DNA from: Thainema sp.
GTDB lineage: Bacteria; Cyanobacteriota; Cyanobacteriia; Phormidesmidales; Phormidesmidaceae
Assembly: GCA_052168235.1 (NCBI GenBank)
Contig: JBQLZK010000004.1
Coordinates: forward strand, 32,001-96,000
DNA: 64,000 nucleotides
Reading direction: 5' to 3'
The position numbers were made by a program, and so were the translations under genes. The notes beneath the pieces are model-generated. The model worked only from the letters and a program-made list of their open reading frames with translations. It did not search any database and had not been told where the DNA came from. Below, in pieces: positions 29,311 through 40,255 of this stretch (its first letter is position 1; each line of letters begins with the position of its first letter).

Positions 29311-29857
29311 CTTGATTTGTGTCTCCTTTTTAGGATTTCTCAGTAGATCGGTTAGACGAAGACTGCGATCGCAAGTTTTACTCAGCCTCAAATAGGCATC
29401 AGAAACTGTCTGCGGATAAATTGCTCTTGCCGCAGGTCTGATATGAAGTCGTAAGTATTGCAGTACCTTTCTCCGCCTGTAGTTGGGAGAATATCGTAGG
29501 TATTCTAATAATGCTATGCACCTGGGGGGCATGAAAGATGCTCCCTGGGGGCATTTGATGCTTAGTCGCGATGCTGACTGGGTAGTCTCAGCAACGAATT
29601 GAGCGTTTGGATCGCGGCAACTTACCCAACCAATTGGGTTTTATCTCGACAAACTGTGAACTTCCTCCACAAAACCTGTCCATTCTGCTGAAGAGTCGAT
29701 ATATTGAATACGTTTTATGGCGCTACGGACTTCAATGGAAGCCATTTTGGGCGTGAACGCAGTGTAAAACGGCGCTTTCACCCAGAACTTGTTCTAACCT
29801 ACGCACGTCGTGCCATAATGACCGCACCATTCGCCCTGATTGACCTTCAGTAGCACC

Positions 29858-30580
29858 GTGCAGATTCCCCAATTTCCTGAATGCCAGCATCCCATTGTTA
29901 AGTCGCTGTTCCACTCCAGCGATTACGAACTGCTGCAAAAATTCCAGCAACATCCCGACAGCGGCAAGTATTTTGTGGCAATTTTTTGTCGCTACAGCCC
30001 GATGGTGTACACCCTAATTCACCATTCGGCGCGTTCACCCGTGCAGGCCGACTATTTGTTTGCCCTCACCTGGCGACATATTCAGCGGGAGCTGGGCGGT
30101 CTCGACCTGTTTGAAGGGGCTCCTCCCGGCGCGACGGAACCCGTGATTACGCTGCAAAACTGGCTAATTAACGTCACAGCCGCCTGCATCAATCAAGTGA
30201 CGCTGCCGGAAGTGGAGTCGATTCACTACTCCATCGAGCAGGCTTCGCCGCCCCTGTGGTGCTATGTGGAGCAAGCTCTGGATCGGCTGGAACCCATGCA
30301 GCGCCTAATCGTGGTGATGGCGCAGACCTTTCACTGGAGCGAAACGCGGATCGCGGCCTATCTGCAAGCTGAAGGGGAACGGATTTCCCCTGCCGAAGTG
30401 CGATCGCACCTGCAAATTGGCTATCAAGAACTCGAACGTGTGTTACCGGACGATATTCGGGAAATCTATTTACAGAATCTACAGTCTAATCTGTCGGGTA
30501 CGGTTGAATCGGAACCGTCGGAATCTGATCTAGCCGATTCGCTAATGGCAATGGTGGATTCGAGTCTGGACGGACTTTAG
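29858..30580 (+). CDS. Sigma-70/ECF-like protein conserved in cyanobacteria
   Basis: YFVAIFCRYSP, QADYLFALTW, region-4-like HWSETRIAAYL; GTG start assumed. Confidence 0.75.
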   Translation: MQIPQFPECQHPIVKSLFHSSDYELLQKFQQHPDSGKYFVAIFCRYSPMVYTLIHHSARSPVQADYLFALTWRHIQRELGGLDLFEGAPPGATEPVITLQNWLINVTAACINQVTLPEVESIHYSIEQASPPLWCYVEQALDRLEPMQRLIVVMAQTFHWSETRIAAYLQAEGERISPAEVRSHLQIGYQELERVLPDDIREIYLQNLQSNLSGTVESEPSESDLADSLMAMVDSSLDGL

Positions 30581-30694
30581 ATTTTGGATTTTGGATTCGG
30601 GATTTTGGATTAGACCGTACTTGATTGATTGCGAACTCAGCCATAAGTCAAAAACTACATGCAATCGTAAATCCAAAATCTAAAATCCAAAATC
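30580..30694. repeat. STRR-type heptamer repeats in inverted arrangement
   Basis: (GATTTTG)n at 30580-30611 and (CAAAATC)n at 30671-30694. Confidence 0.75.
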
Positions 30695-30721
30695 GCAACG
30701 CGTTACTGGGGGAGGTGTGAG

Positions 30722-31852
30722 ATGAATCGGTTATTAGGCGCTCGGGCAGAATATGGCAGTTTGGGTCGCGGTATTCGTAAAGGTTGGCGTGGATCTGCGA
30801 TCGCATCCTTTATTCCTTTAGGATTGTCCCTGGGCATATTGGGATTTGGAGTTGCTTCGGTATTACCTAACCCAGCCCAGGCTGAGCAACTGGAGCAGCA
30901 GCTTGATATTCAGCCCTTCAACGGCACGGCCCGCGAGGGTATCCGACAGTATCGGGATGCTGCCGATCAGTTGGTTTGGCTAGGAGAGCAGCAGGCCGAA
31001 CAGGGAAACTATCAGCAGGCGATTGGCTTTTGGAATCAAGCGCTGGAGCTTTATCGGGCAATTGATGATATAGCGGCAATGGGCAAGACCTATGACCATT
31101 TGGGTCGAGCCTACGGTCGTCTAGGGCAGTATCGTGTGGCTGAAGAACTGTTGCGCAGACGACTTGCGATCGCACGTGACAACCACGACTCCACCGGACA
31201 AATCTACGGTTTGAACAACGTCGGCGGTGTCCTGCTCCAGAAAAATGATCTGCGGGGTGCCCAAGCCTCGTTTGAGCAGGCACTTGCGATCGCGCGGAAT
31301 GTTCGCGATCCAGACGGGATTGGCTTGTCACTGAGCAATTTGGGCTTAGTGGCAGCCGCACAGAGCAACTATGATCAGGCAATTCGTCTTTACGAGCAGG
31401 CCGTTGACCTGCGGCATCGGGGCCGCGACTGGGTTGGCGCAGCCAATACCCATAACAATCTCGGAGATGCAGCCTACGCGACGACGAACTATTTCCGGGC
31501 CGCGACTGCCTATCGAGCCGCTTGGAACCTGGGTCAGCAATATCGCGATCGCAATGTGCAAATTCGGGCCTTGGACGGTCTGATCGCTACTTACCAAGCA
31601 TATCAACCCCAGGCTGTCCCCCAATTCCTGGCTGCACGGGCAGAACTGACGCAGGACGGCGTTGACTTAGCCCAAACGCTGGAAACTTTGCGGCTCGTCG
31701 GTGAGTTCTACGAGTATCAGGGTGATTTGAGTACCGCTCAAGTTCTCTATCGGCGCGGACTTGCGATCGCAGAACAGCTCGGCAATCGGCAGATGATGGC
31801 TGAGTTACAGTATCGAATTCTCAGCTTGGCATCGGGCAATCCTACCCGCTAA
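30722..31852 (+). CDS. Tetratricopeptide repeat protein, probably exported
   Basis: Signal-like leader ending AQA; multiple TPR units (LNNVG, LSNLG, HNNLG). Confidence 0.9.
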   Translation: MNRLLGARAEYGSLGRGIRKGWRGSAIASFIPLGLSLGILGFGVASVLPNPAQAEQLEQQLDIQPFNGTAREGIRQYRDAADQLVWLGEQQAEQGNYQQAIGFWNQALELYRAIDDIAAMGKTYDHLGRAYGRLGQYRVAEELLRRRLAIARDNHDSTGQIYGLNNVGGVLLQKNDLRGAQASFEQALAIARNVRDPDGIGLSLSNLGLVAAAQSNYDQAIRLYEQAVDLRHRGRDWVGAANTHNNLGDAAYATTNYFRAATAYRAAWNLGQQYRDRNVQIRALDGLIATYQAYQPQAVPQFLAARAELTQDGVDLAQTLETLRLVGEFYEYQGDLSTAQVLYRRGLAIAEQLGNRQMMAELQYRILSLASGNPTR

Positions 31853-32340
31853 TAAGAGTCACTTACGCTTACACTAAAAATTGCTTCAAGGGATGACAGC
31901 CGCCGCTCGTGTAGCGTTGATCAGGGGCTGCAGTATCCTATGGTTTGATCAAGTGACGTGAGAACTTTACTATTCAAGCTTTTCAAAAACCGACAATAAT
32001 CTTTTTTGCAGAAGGTTCTAGCCTAATCTGCATTGTGTAGGCAAATTTACTGATTGGGCTGCAAGTTGAATGACTCTAAATTAGATAAACTTAGCGATTG
32101 CGAAGTAACTGCAAAAGTAACTGATTACGAAAAGCAAATAAGTCAGAAAAACAAGTTAGAAATAAACAAACCGCGGCTGGTCTCAATATAAATCTGTCTG
32201 TAAGCGGGTTTAACGTTAAACCTAGATATTAACCAGTTGGTGACCGTTGCTGACGCCCCGGCATCCCCAGTTTCTTTTAGGCTACTGGAGCTAAACAAAA
32301 CGAGAGAGGGAGGTCGTCCACCGGTCAATTGAGCGGGAGA

Positions 32341-32541
32341 CTATGATTCAAAGCTTGGGCCTGATTCGAGTCCCCATTGATGCTTTAGGAAATGCTTATA
32401 CATCGTTTCTTTGAGCATCATTTGTTCGTAGAGCTTAACTAAGAAGTCTTGAGCTTGCTCTCGACTCATACGGTTGACTTGGGTTTCAAACGATCGGAGG
32501 TTAAATTGCTGCTCCAACGTTAATTTGCCAGATTCAAACAT
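32341..32541 (-). CDS. nblA: Phycobilisome degradation protein NblA
   Basis: LTLEQQFNLRSFETQVNRMSREQAQDFLVKLYEQMM; ATG 32541 with AAGGAG RBS. Confidence 0.95.
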   Translation of the reverse strand: MFESGKLTLEQQFNLRSFETQVNRMSREQAQDFLVKLYEQMMLKETMYKHFLKHQWGLESGPSFES

Positions 32542-33336
32542 AAAGCACACTCCTTAAAAGAGCTAATTCTGCACTAGGGAGATTATCTGCCCAAGCTAAA
32601 TTCATATTGGCCTTAAGTCTAGGGCGCTGGGTGGATGAACCAGCGGCAGCCTTAAAGTCGAACTATCTGGGACAGAACGGCGTGTAAACTTCCCAAAAAT
32701 GGAAACTACACGTTCAAGCAAGATAGGTAGAACATTCCCTGATTTAAGGGATAAATCGAGAATGAGTTCATAAAAGATAACAACATTCTGAGCTTTCCCT
32801 GTACATCTCAAGACGTAACAACCGGGGGGTAAGGTTTCCACCTATATGGAGAATTCAACGCGGAAGTGGATGATTCCGTATTGAATTACAGAAGTTTTAG
32901 CAATCTGTAATTTACAAAAATGCTCAATTCGAACATATTTAGGTTTTTCGTCTAAAACTTTGATGAACTTCAAAAAAGCTAATCAGTCGTATTTGAGGTG
33001 GCATTCAGCCGGATCAGTCTGTTAGTTTGAAGGCTTGAATAATGGGCTTGTGGTGCTACTTGTGCCCAAATTGGTATTTACTTATGGCTCAAGTAAAGTG
33101 ATGTATCTCAACGAGTTGCCGATAAGGCGTTGACTTCGATCCTTGTAGGGAAAGCATTTTGAGCCAGTAAGACAGTTTTGCTAAAGTCAAAGAATGGGCA
33201 GAGAGCAGCTCAACAAATTGATTAATAAAACTTAATCTACCAAACAAAAAAGCTAATAGATTGGCTGGAAAACTGAGGAGAAACACAATAGAAATACGGA
33301 TTTTTATATCAAGATTGATACCAAGAATACGGTTTC

Positions 33337-34158
33337 TCAACGTGCTTTTAAGTTCAAGTCAAATCCTTCCCGCCGACTGCGCAGGTCGTAATACAGTACC
33401 GCTTTCAGCGACTGCCAAAACGGCATAACCAAAATGCTTCCCCCAATACTCAAAATCAAGCTCAGGCTGTATATCGACCAGTAAGTCGGTGTATTTTGCT
33501 CAATTTGGGTTAAGAAAATGGAAGGAATGTAGTTAGTCAACATCAAAATCGGCAGCGTCATGATGAAGGCCACAATCACTAATCCCTGAACCCGTAAGAC
33601 AGAGCCCGCCGTTAACTGCCAACTGCGGCTAATACTTTTATCGGCGCTGATTTGATCTTCTAGCGCTAAGGGTAACTCGGGTAAAAACAGCCGCGAGAGT
33701 AACCAGACAAAGCCAAACAGAAATCCTGCGATGATTAATACGCCAGCCAGTATGCCAATGATCAAACCAACGGTTTGTTCATTCCCGAAGGCGGCCAAGA
33801 TGAACGAAATGCTGAAGATAAATAAGAACATAACGATCGTGGCTGCGATCGCAAATGCAATATAAGCCGCCAGTAAGATCAGTCCGACTAAGAGCGCTAG
33901 CCCCAAAAACGACCAGAGCCGCTGATTAATATAGCGACGAGCGGTAGATAAGCTTTCCGGCTGATAAATCAGCTCCTGATAGGCCAGCCGGGAAATTAGG
34001 GCCGCATGAGCAAAATATTTTGCCCAGCCATAAATGGGCACCAGCAGCCAGAGATAGGCCTGAGCTGACAGGCTGAGGTAGGTTTTCCAATGCGCTCCAT
34101 AGAGGCGGAATCCTGCACTGGCGATGTTTCCAATGCGCAATAGGCTAGCTGACAACAT
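33337..34158 (-). CDS. Integral membrane protein (DUF975/GDPD membrane-domain-like)
   Basis: LWLLVPIYGWAK, SISRSWQLT, KAVLYYDLRSRREG; ATG 34158. Confidence 0.8.
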   Translation of the reverse strand: MLSASLLRIGNIASAGFRLYGAHWKTYLSLSAQAYLWLLVPIYGWAKYFAHAALISRLAYQELIYQPESLSTARRYINQRLWSFLGLALLVGLILLAAYIAFAIAATIVMFLFIFSISFILAAFGNEQTVGLIIGILAGVLIIAGFLFGFVWLLSRLFLPELPLALEDQISADKSISRSWQLTAGSVLRVQGLVIVAFIMTLPILMLTNYIPSIFLTQIEQNTPTYWSIYSLSLILSIGGSILVMPFWQSLKAVLYYDLRSRREGFDLNLKAR

Positions 34159-34252
34159 CTCTTTCACATTATGTGCGATCGCTATACAGGCATTGTGTGG
34201 CAAACATAGCCTGACGGAAAATGTTTGCCACAAAAATTAGTTAGTTCTGTCG

Positions 34253-36406
34253 TTAGCTTCCTCGTTCTTGGGCCATTGCCATCAAAATCGTGTGAGCACT
34301 TTGCTCCGGGCAGCTTTTATTGGGCTGACGCTGCACATAGCGACCATCGGGCTGTAAATCCCAGGCTTGACGATTATCGGCCAGTAGAATGCCCAGAATT
34401 TCCTGGAGATCTTTGGCGATGTCTGGGTCTTCAATCGGAACGATGGCTTCCACTCGCCGATCGAGATTGCGCGGCATCCAGTCGGCGCTCCCGATAAACA
34501 CCTGCTCCTCACCGTTGTTATGGAAGTAGAAAATCCGGGAGTGCTCTAAGTAGCGCCCCACAATGCTAATCACGCGAATATTGTCGCTAATGCCTTCTAA
34601 ACCGGGCCGCAGGCAGCAAATACCGCGCACGATTAAATCAATCTGCACGCCAGCTTGGGAAGCTTCATACAGGGTGGCAATCATTTCCGGATCAACCAAG
34701 GCATTCATCTTGGCGACGATACGGCCATGATGTCCGGCTTTGGCCTGTTCGATCTCCCGCCGGATCAGCCCCAGCATTTGCTGGCGCAGGTTAACGGGCG
34801 CAATCAGCAACTTGCGATAGGACTGCTGACGAGAATATCCGGTTAGGTAATTAAATAGATCGGTCAGGTCTGCGCCGAGTTCATCGCGGCAGCTCAGCAA
34901 GCCCAAGTCGGTATAGAGGCGGGCTGTTTTGGGGTTGTAATTCCCCGTACCAATGTGGATATAGCGACGCATGGTTTTACCCTCTCGGCGCACGACCAGC
35001 GCGGTTTTGGTGTGAGTTTTGAGGCCAACCAGACCGTAAACGACGTGTACGCCTGATTTTTCTAGGGTTCTGGCCCAGAGAATATTGTTCTCTTCGTCAA
35101 AGCGGGCCTTTAGCTCCACGAGTACTGCGACCTGCTTGCCGTTTTCGGCTGCTGATACGAGAGCTTTCACAATGGGCGAGTCCCCAGATGTCCGATACAG
35201 CGTCATCTTGATCGCCAGCACATTCGGATCGTGGGCAGCAGTGGTAATAAAGCGCTCCACCGATGCCGTAAACGAATCATAGGGATGATGAACCAGCAAA
35301 TCGCGCTTCCGCAAAATGGCAAACAAGTCTTGACCGTCTTCACTGTCACTGTCGCCACCATTGGCTAACCGCCGCAGTCGAAGCGGGACAACGGGGGAAT
35401 AGTCTGGATCTTTAAGCTGGGGCAGGGGCAATCCCATAAAAGACATCAGATCGCCGAGTCCCAGCAGCCCATCGACATCGTAGACATCGTTTTCCTCTAG
35501 CCCCATTTCGCGCATTAGGGTTTGGCGAATATCCGGGGGCGTTACCGTTTGGATTTCCATACGGACGCTGGAACCACCGAGTCGCCGCTTGCGCAGCTCT
35601 TTTTCAATGGCTAGCATCAAGTCATCAGCTTCGTCTTCCTCGACTTCTAAATCAGCGTTGCGGGTAATCCGAAATGGGTAGTATTCCTGGATGTTCATGC
35701 CAGGGAAGAGAAACCCTAAATTATGGGCAATTACCTGCTCTAGGGGTACTCCTGTCCAGCAGGAAGGCTGTCCGTCATCTTCGTGGAGCCGCAGATGTTC
35801 GGGCAGGGCAATGAAGCGGGGCAAAACTTTGGGGACTTTGACGCGAGCGAAATGCTCTTCTTCGGTTTCTTCATCCTTAACGACAACGGCCAAATTAAGG
35901 CTGAGGTTCGAGATGTAAGGAAACGGGTGGCCCGGATCGACGGCCAGCGGGGTCAGAACCGGAAAGATTTGCTCTTCGAAGTACTGCTGTAAATAAATGC
36001 GCTGTTCCTGGTTGAGGTCCACATATTCGATCAGGTGAATACCGTGCTCGGCCAGTAGGGGACGCAGTACCTGATGGAAATGCTGGTGCTGGGTGGTGAC
36101 GAGGGGACGTAAGCGATCGCAAATATCATCCAATTGCTGTTGCGGGGTGCGACCATCGGGCGTGAGTTTGGAAACGGCGGCGTCAACCTGCTGTTTGAGG
36201 CCAGCGACCCGCACCATGAAAAACTCGTCCAGGTTGGAACTGAAGATGGCCATGAACTTAAGTCGTTCAATCAACGGTGTGCGATCGTCGCAACCCTCAT
36301 GCAGAACTCGAGCATTGAACTCAATCCAGCTCAGTTCGCGATTGAAATAGTATTCAGGCTGGCGCAACTGTTGAACTTCAGCAACCGGATCTTTCGTTTT
36401 TGTCAT
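34253..36406 (-). CDS. ppk1: Polyphosphate kinase 1
   Basis: YFNRELSW, SNLDEFFMVRVAG, VELKARFDEENN, LKTHTK, SADWMPRNL. Confidence 0.98.
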   Translation of the reverse strand: MTKTKDPVAEVQQLRQPEYYFNRELSWIEFNARVLHEGCDDRTPLIERLKFMAIFSSNLDEFFMVRVAGLKQQVDAAVSKLTPDGRTPQQQLDDICDRLRPLVTTQHQHFHQVLRPLLAEHGIHLIEYVDLNQEQRIYLQQYFEEQIFPVLTPLAVDPGHPFPYISNLSLNLAVVVKDEETEEEHFARVKVPKVLPRFIALPEHLRLHEDDGQPSCWTGVPLEQVIAHNLGFLFPGMNIQEYYPFRITRNADLEVEEDEADDLMLAIEKELRKRRLGGSSVRMEIQTVTPPDIRQTLMREMGLEENDVYDVDGLLGLGDLMSFMGLPLPQLKDPDYSPVVPLRLRRLANGGDSDSEDGQDLFAILRKRDLLVHHPYDSFTASVERFITTAAHDPNVLAIKMTLYRTSGDSPIVKALVSAAENGKQVAVLVELKARFDEENNILWARTLEKSGVHVVYGLVGLKTHTKTALVVRREGKTMRRYIHIGTGNYNPKTARLYTDLGLLSCRDELGADLTDLFNYLTGYSRQQSYRKLLIAPVNLRQQMLGLIRREIEQAKAGHHGRIVAKMNALVDPEMIATLYEASQAGVQIDLIVRGICCLRPGLEGISDNIRVISIVGRYLEHSRIFYFHNNGEEQVFIGSADWMPRNLDRRVEAIVPIEDPDIAKDLQEILGILLADNRQAWDLQPDGRYVQRQPNKSCPEQSAHTILMAMAQERGS

Positions 36407-36452
36407 GGTGTATCACTGACCTTAAGAAATCCCTCTGCGCAGTCCTTCATAT

Positions 36453-36544
36453 AAGTCTGGTTGGAAACCTGTAATTTATTTCTGTGAAGCGTTTGCTCCG
36501 CAAACGCTTCACAGAAATAAACTGGGTTCTTAATACCCAGACTT
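36453..36544 (-). repeat. Family-A palindromic element upstream of ppk1
   Basis: AAGTCTGG...CCAGACTT termini; 22-bp perfect arms (36475-36521) with a 3-nt loop. Confidence 0.88.
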
Positions 36545-36634
36545 GATATTAACGCTACGCGCATATGACCATATCAGATGTTGTCAAAGAGCAGATTAAC
36601 AAATGCTGGATTTAGCACATCTATCCCAGGAATG

Positions 36635-36841
36635 TTAAAAGACCTCATCTTCGATACCGACCCACCATTCACCCAAATTCATCACGTCCTGGTGGATATC
36701 GGCTAAGGCTTTAGCATATTCGTCGGCAGTGAGTTCTGCACGCTGTTCCTGTAATTTTTGGATTCGCAGTTGGGCCAGTAACCAAGGCTTGCTAATGCCA
36801 TCGGTGGTCTGAATGTAGTGGCTGAGTTCTTCGCTATTCAT
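36635..36841 (-). CDS. Small conserved hypothetical protein
   Basis: ISKPWLLAQLR...LGEWWVGIEDEVF. Confidence 0.75.
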   Translation of the reverse strand: MNSEELSHYIQTTDGISKPWLLAQLRIQKLQEQRAELTADEYAKALADIHQDVMNLGEWWVGIEDEVF

Positions 36842-36931
36842 TTAGATAAGGTAAAAAGAAAAGGTAAACGATTGTTTGGATAAGTATAGAAGGATGTTTG
36901 TGATGCGATCGCGCTCAAAATAGCTCAACCC

Positions 36932-37501
36932 TTAGTATTCCGCTGCCAGAATTTGAGCGGCAGTTAGCGCAAAGTTCGAAAATAACAGCGATTCTACAAC
37001 TTGATCACCCTGGTAAATTTTCTCCTCGTAAAGGCCATCAATCCAGTTCAAACCCGTTACTTTTTGAGCCTTTGGATCGACAATCCAGTATTCGCTAATA
37101 TGACGACCCGCATATTCTGTCCGCTTGTAGCGATAGTCACGGTTTTCCTGTTTAGGGCTAACGACTTCGACAACAAGCGCTGGGGGCGGCATATCGTGAG
37201 TGATTAGCCGTTGCGTTGCATCTTTTAATGCCTCTGCTGCTTCGTCAGAAAGCACGGTCAAATCAGGTTGCCGAGCTGTCGCTAGCTTACCGCTAACCGC
37301 GATTTGAATTTTCATGCTCAAATGCGTGTAGGAAACGCCAAGTTGAAGGAAATAGGCATACAGGAAAGAGGCGATGCGATCGTGAAGGTCGCTCTCGGGC
37401 GGCATGGCAATTAGCTCTCCCTCAACTAGTTCGTAGCGGGTATCAGTACCATCGTCAAAGTTAAGATAATCTTGCAGGGTCATGGGTGTTGCGATCGCCA
37501 C
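36932..37501 (-). CDS. Uma2 family endonuclease
   Basis: RYELVEGELIAMPPES, RQPDLTVL, LVVEVVSP, DYRYKRTEYA, EYWIVDP. Confidence 0.95.
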   Translation of the reverse strand: MAIATPMTLQDYLNFDDGTDTRYELVEGELIAMPPESDLHDRIASFLYAYFLQLGVSYTHLSMKIQIAVSGKLATARQPDLTVLSDEAAEALKDATQRLITHDMPPPALVVEVVSPKQENRDYRYKRTEYAGRHISEYWIVDPKAQKVTGLNWIDGLYEEKIYQGDQVVESLLFSNFALTAAQILAAEY

Positions 37502-37578
37502 GGCGCACCTTACCTACTCAACAGATCTATTCTAGCTGTGCAATATATTGCACTATGTCTATCCTGCAAGGGATATCC

Positions 37579-37665
37579 AATCCGTATATAAAAACCCAAT
37601 GATTTTTTGTGGACGGCTGGCTTGGCCAGCCGTCCACAAAAAATCATTGGGTTTTAACCAAACTT
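37579..37665 (+). repeat. Family-A palindromic element
   Basis: AATCCGTATATAAAAACCC...; 31-bp perfect arms (37591-37655) with TTG loop. Confidence 0.88.
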
Positions 37666-37701
37666 TGTATGAATTTTGAGCGTTTGTTGAATTGATCAGT
37701 C

Positions 37702-37745
37702 AAAAAAGGAGCCTCTTGCCAAATTCGGCAAGAGGCTCCTTTTTT
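37702..37745 (-). terminator. Intrinsic terminator after htpG
   Basis: AAAAAAGGAGCCTCTTGCC-AAATTC-GGCAAGAGGCTCCTTTTTT. Confidence 0.88.
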
Positions 37746-37762
37746 CAGATCTTTTCTGTGGA

Positions 37763-39763
37763 TTACACAGATTTCTCAGTAAGTGCCGTCAGAACCTTGT
37801 TAGAACGCTCAACAAAGGACTTCATGCCGTCGGCGTCAAAGCCTTTCTGAGCCATCAGGGCCAAATCGTAAACGTGCTGGCAGATCAGGTTAGCCATTTC
37901 GCTGGATGGTGAGTCACCGCTGCCCGTGATGATACTGCCCTGGCTGATCTTGAGCAGATTTTGGATCAGCGGGTGCGAGGTATTCACCATCAGGATGTGC
38001 TCGTCAGGGAACTCAGCCGCTTCCTGGCTGTAGAGAGCAGTCATATCCCGTAGACGGCGCAGGGCTTCCGGCAACAGCACCATTGCAGGTGGTGCGCTGG
38101 CTCCATCGTCGGCTTTGAGCGCCTGAGTCTTGACGTTGAGCTTAGGCCGATTGAGCGCCTTTTCAAATAATTCCTTGATCTGGTCGCCCCGCGTCTTGTT
38201 GGTTGACGGATCGACGATTTCGTCGGTTTGATCCTGATCGATTAGCGTATCGTCAATTTCGGCATCGACGCGGGAGAATCGAACATCCGAATACTCGCGC
38301 TCCAAGAACGAGATGAAGTGAGTATCGATGAAGGAATCGAGATAGAGAACCTCTAAACCTTGGCTCTTGTGCAGCTCGACGTAGGTTGACTGAGCAACGG
38401 GGTCGTTGCAGTAGAACACTCGGTTTTCGTGCCGTTCCTTATTGCGCTCCAGGTACTCTTGCAGAGTGGTATAGGAAAATCCCTTGCTGTCGGTAACAGC
38501 ATTAGCGGCATTACTGCCAGAAGACGCATCTTCCCAAACGTCGCCTTCGGCGGTTTGCACTTCCACCTTGGGCTGATCGTCGGCTTTAGTACCCAGATCG
38601 GCAGTGGTGCGATAGATCAGGATATCCTCGACCTGCTTCTTGAACTTGTCGTCGTTGATCGAGCCAAACTTGACGAAAGTACCCAAGTCTTGCCAGCAGC
38701 GGATGTACTGTGCGAGATCTTCTTTGTACAGCTCCTTGAGCCGATCGCCCACTTTCTTAGCAATGTAGTCAGCAATGCGGCGGACAGTGCGGTCTGCTTG
38801 CAGGAAGCTACGGGAAACGTTGAGCGGAATGTCGGAGCTATCGATGACGCCGCGTAGGGGCAGCAGGAAGCGGGGCACCACTTCTTCGCAGTTGTCGCTG
38901 ACGAAGACCTGGTTGCAGAACAGCTTGATCTGACTTTGGGTAATATCGACATCCGGCTTCAGCTTGGGGAAGTAGAGAATGCCATTGACGACGAAGGGAT
39001 AGTCGGTGTTGAGGTGAACCCAGAGCAGCGGATCTTCCTGGAAGGGATAGAGATAGCGGTAGAACTCTAGATAGTCTTCATCGGTGAGTTCGCTGGGGGA
39101 TTTGCGCCAGATTGCTTCGTGCTTGTTGACGACTTCGCCATCGAGCTTGATGGGCACGGGCATGAAGTCGCAGTAGGTAGTAATGAGCTGGCGAATACGA
39201 GCAGGCTCCAGATACTCTGCCTCGTCATCCATCAGCGTCAGAGTAATAGACGTGCCGCGCGAAGTGCGATCGCTATCGGTCAAGGTAAATTCTGTCGAAC
39301 CATCGCATGACCAGTGAACGGCTTGAGCATCTTTGCGGTAAGACCGGGTATCGATTTCGACTTTGCTGGCCACCATGAAGGAGGAGTAGAAGCCGAGACC
39401 GAAGTGACCAATGATGTTCTCGTTGCTGTTGTCCTTGTACTTTTGAATAAATTCTTCAGCGCTGGAGAAGGCAACTTGATTGATGTAGCGCTTGACTTCA
39501 TCCGCCGTCATGCCAATACCGTTGTCCGTGACGGTCAGGGTTTTAGCGTCTTTATCGATGGTAATTTCAATTTCCGGATCGTCGAGTTCGCCTTCAAATT
39601 CATCGCTGTAGGACACCATTTTCAGCTTGCTGATGGCGTCAACGGCGTTGGAGATGAGTTCCCGCAGAAAAATTTCGTGGTCGGAATAGAGCCACTTTTT
39701 AATAATCGGGAAAATATTCTCAGTATGGATACTGATGTTGCCCTGCTCTAGAACTGTGGTCAT
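37763..39763 (-). CDS. htpG: Molecular chaperone HtpG (Hsp90)
   Basis: LYSDHEIFLRELISNAVDA, DNGIGMT, IGHFGLGFYSSF, DIPLNVSRS. Confidence 0.98.
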   Translation of the reverse strand: MTTVLEQGNISIHTENIFPIIKKWLYSDHEIFLRELISNAVDAISKLKMVSYSDEFEGELDDPEIEITIDKDAKTLTVTDNGIGMTADEVKRYINQVAFSSAEEFIQKYKDNSNENIIGHFGLGFYSSFMVASKVEIDTRSYRKDAQAVHWSCDGSTEFTLTDSDRTSRGTSITLTLMDDEAEYLEPARIRQLITTYCDFMPVPIKLDGEVVNKHEAIWRKSPSELTDEDYLEFYRYLYPFQEDPLLWVHLNTDYPFVVNGILYFPKLKPDVDITQSQIKLFCNQVFVSDNCEEVVPRFLLPLRGVIDSSDIPLNVSRSFLQADRTVRRIADYIAKKVGDRLKELYKEDLAQYIRCWQDLGTFVKFGSINDDKFKKQVEDILIYRTTADLGTKADDQPKVEVQTAEGDVWEDASSGSNAANAVTDSKGFSYTTLQEYLERNKERHENRVFYCNDPVAQSTYVELHKSQGLEVLYLDSFIDTHFISFLEREYSDVRFSRVDAEIDDTLIDQDQTDEIVDPSTNKTRGDQIKELFEKALNRPKLNVKTQALKADDGASAPPAMVLLPEALRRLRDMTALYSQEAAEFPDEHILMVNTSHPLIQNLLKISQGSIITGSGDSPSSEMANLICQHVYDLALMAQKGFDADGMKSFVERSNKVLTALTEKSV

Positions 39764-39937
39764 AGGAGTCAACGATTTTTAATTACAAAATCTAGTACAA
39801 AACCCAAACGAAACTCGGTTAGTTTGGCTGAATGAATTCGCGATTCTCTTGCAATTTTCTTCTCTTGCAATTTTCTAAAGAGATGGCAAAAGCGATCGCA
39901 CATCCAAAAATCTACGAATGTCTCAATCCCGATAGCA

Positions 39938-39971
39938 ATGGTGCGTTACGGCTACGCCTAACACACCCTAC
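39938..39971 (-). repeat. GTAG-family REP-like element
   Basis: Reverse complement GTAGGGTGTGTTAGGCGTAGCCGTAACGCACC; related copy at 52922-52952. Confidence 0.8.
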
Positions 39972-40093
39972 AGGATCTCCGGCTGTGATTCACAATCATG
40001 GTCATCGTATGCTGATTTGTTTTGCATCGTAGATCGGAATACTCCGTTTAATAGAGTTCGGATCTCCCTACTCATTCCGTTTCTCGTTGGTGG

Positions 40094-40196
40094 ACTTACA
40101 TCTTGCACTAAAACCCGAAGAGGGTATTTCGCTGCCGCATCGCGGCGGCGAAATAACCCTTCTGGGTTCTTGGTTTACAAGGTGCAAGATGTAAGT
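40094..40196. mobile_element. MITE-like family-C element with 15-bp terminal inverted repeats
   Basis: ACTTACATCTTGCAC...GTGCAAGATGTAAGT around an internal GCCGC...GCGGC hairpin; partial copies at 18941 and 43214-43275. Confidence 0.75.
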
Positions 40197-40255
40197 AGAG
40201 CTTTGGGTAGTGTGGGTATCGGAGCAAGGGAGCAGCGGAGCCTTGAGGCGCAAAT

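Noticed and set aside
29311..29532. 74-aa N-terminal extension of SodB in the ORF track
   Set aside because: The Fe-SOD sequence starts at MAYELP with an AGGAG RBS, and the extension is not signal-peptide-like. Similar over-extension applies to ORF starts at 18891, 20274, 34233 and 47111.
32760..32950. NtcA box upstream of nblA
   Set aside because: Only an imperfect GTC-N8-TAC was found and no exact GTA-N8-TAC; not supportable without a TSS.
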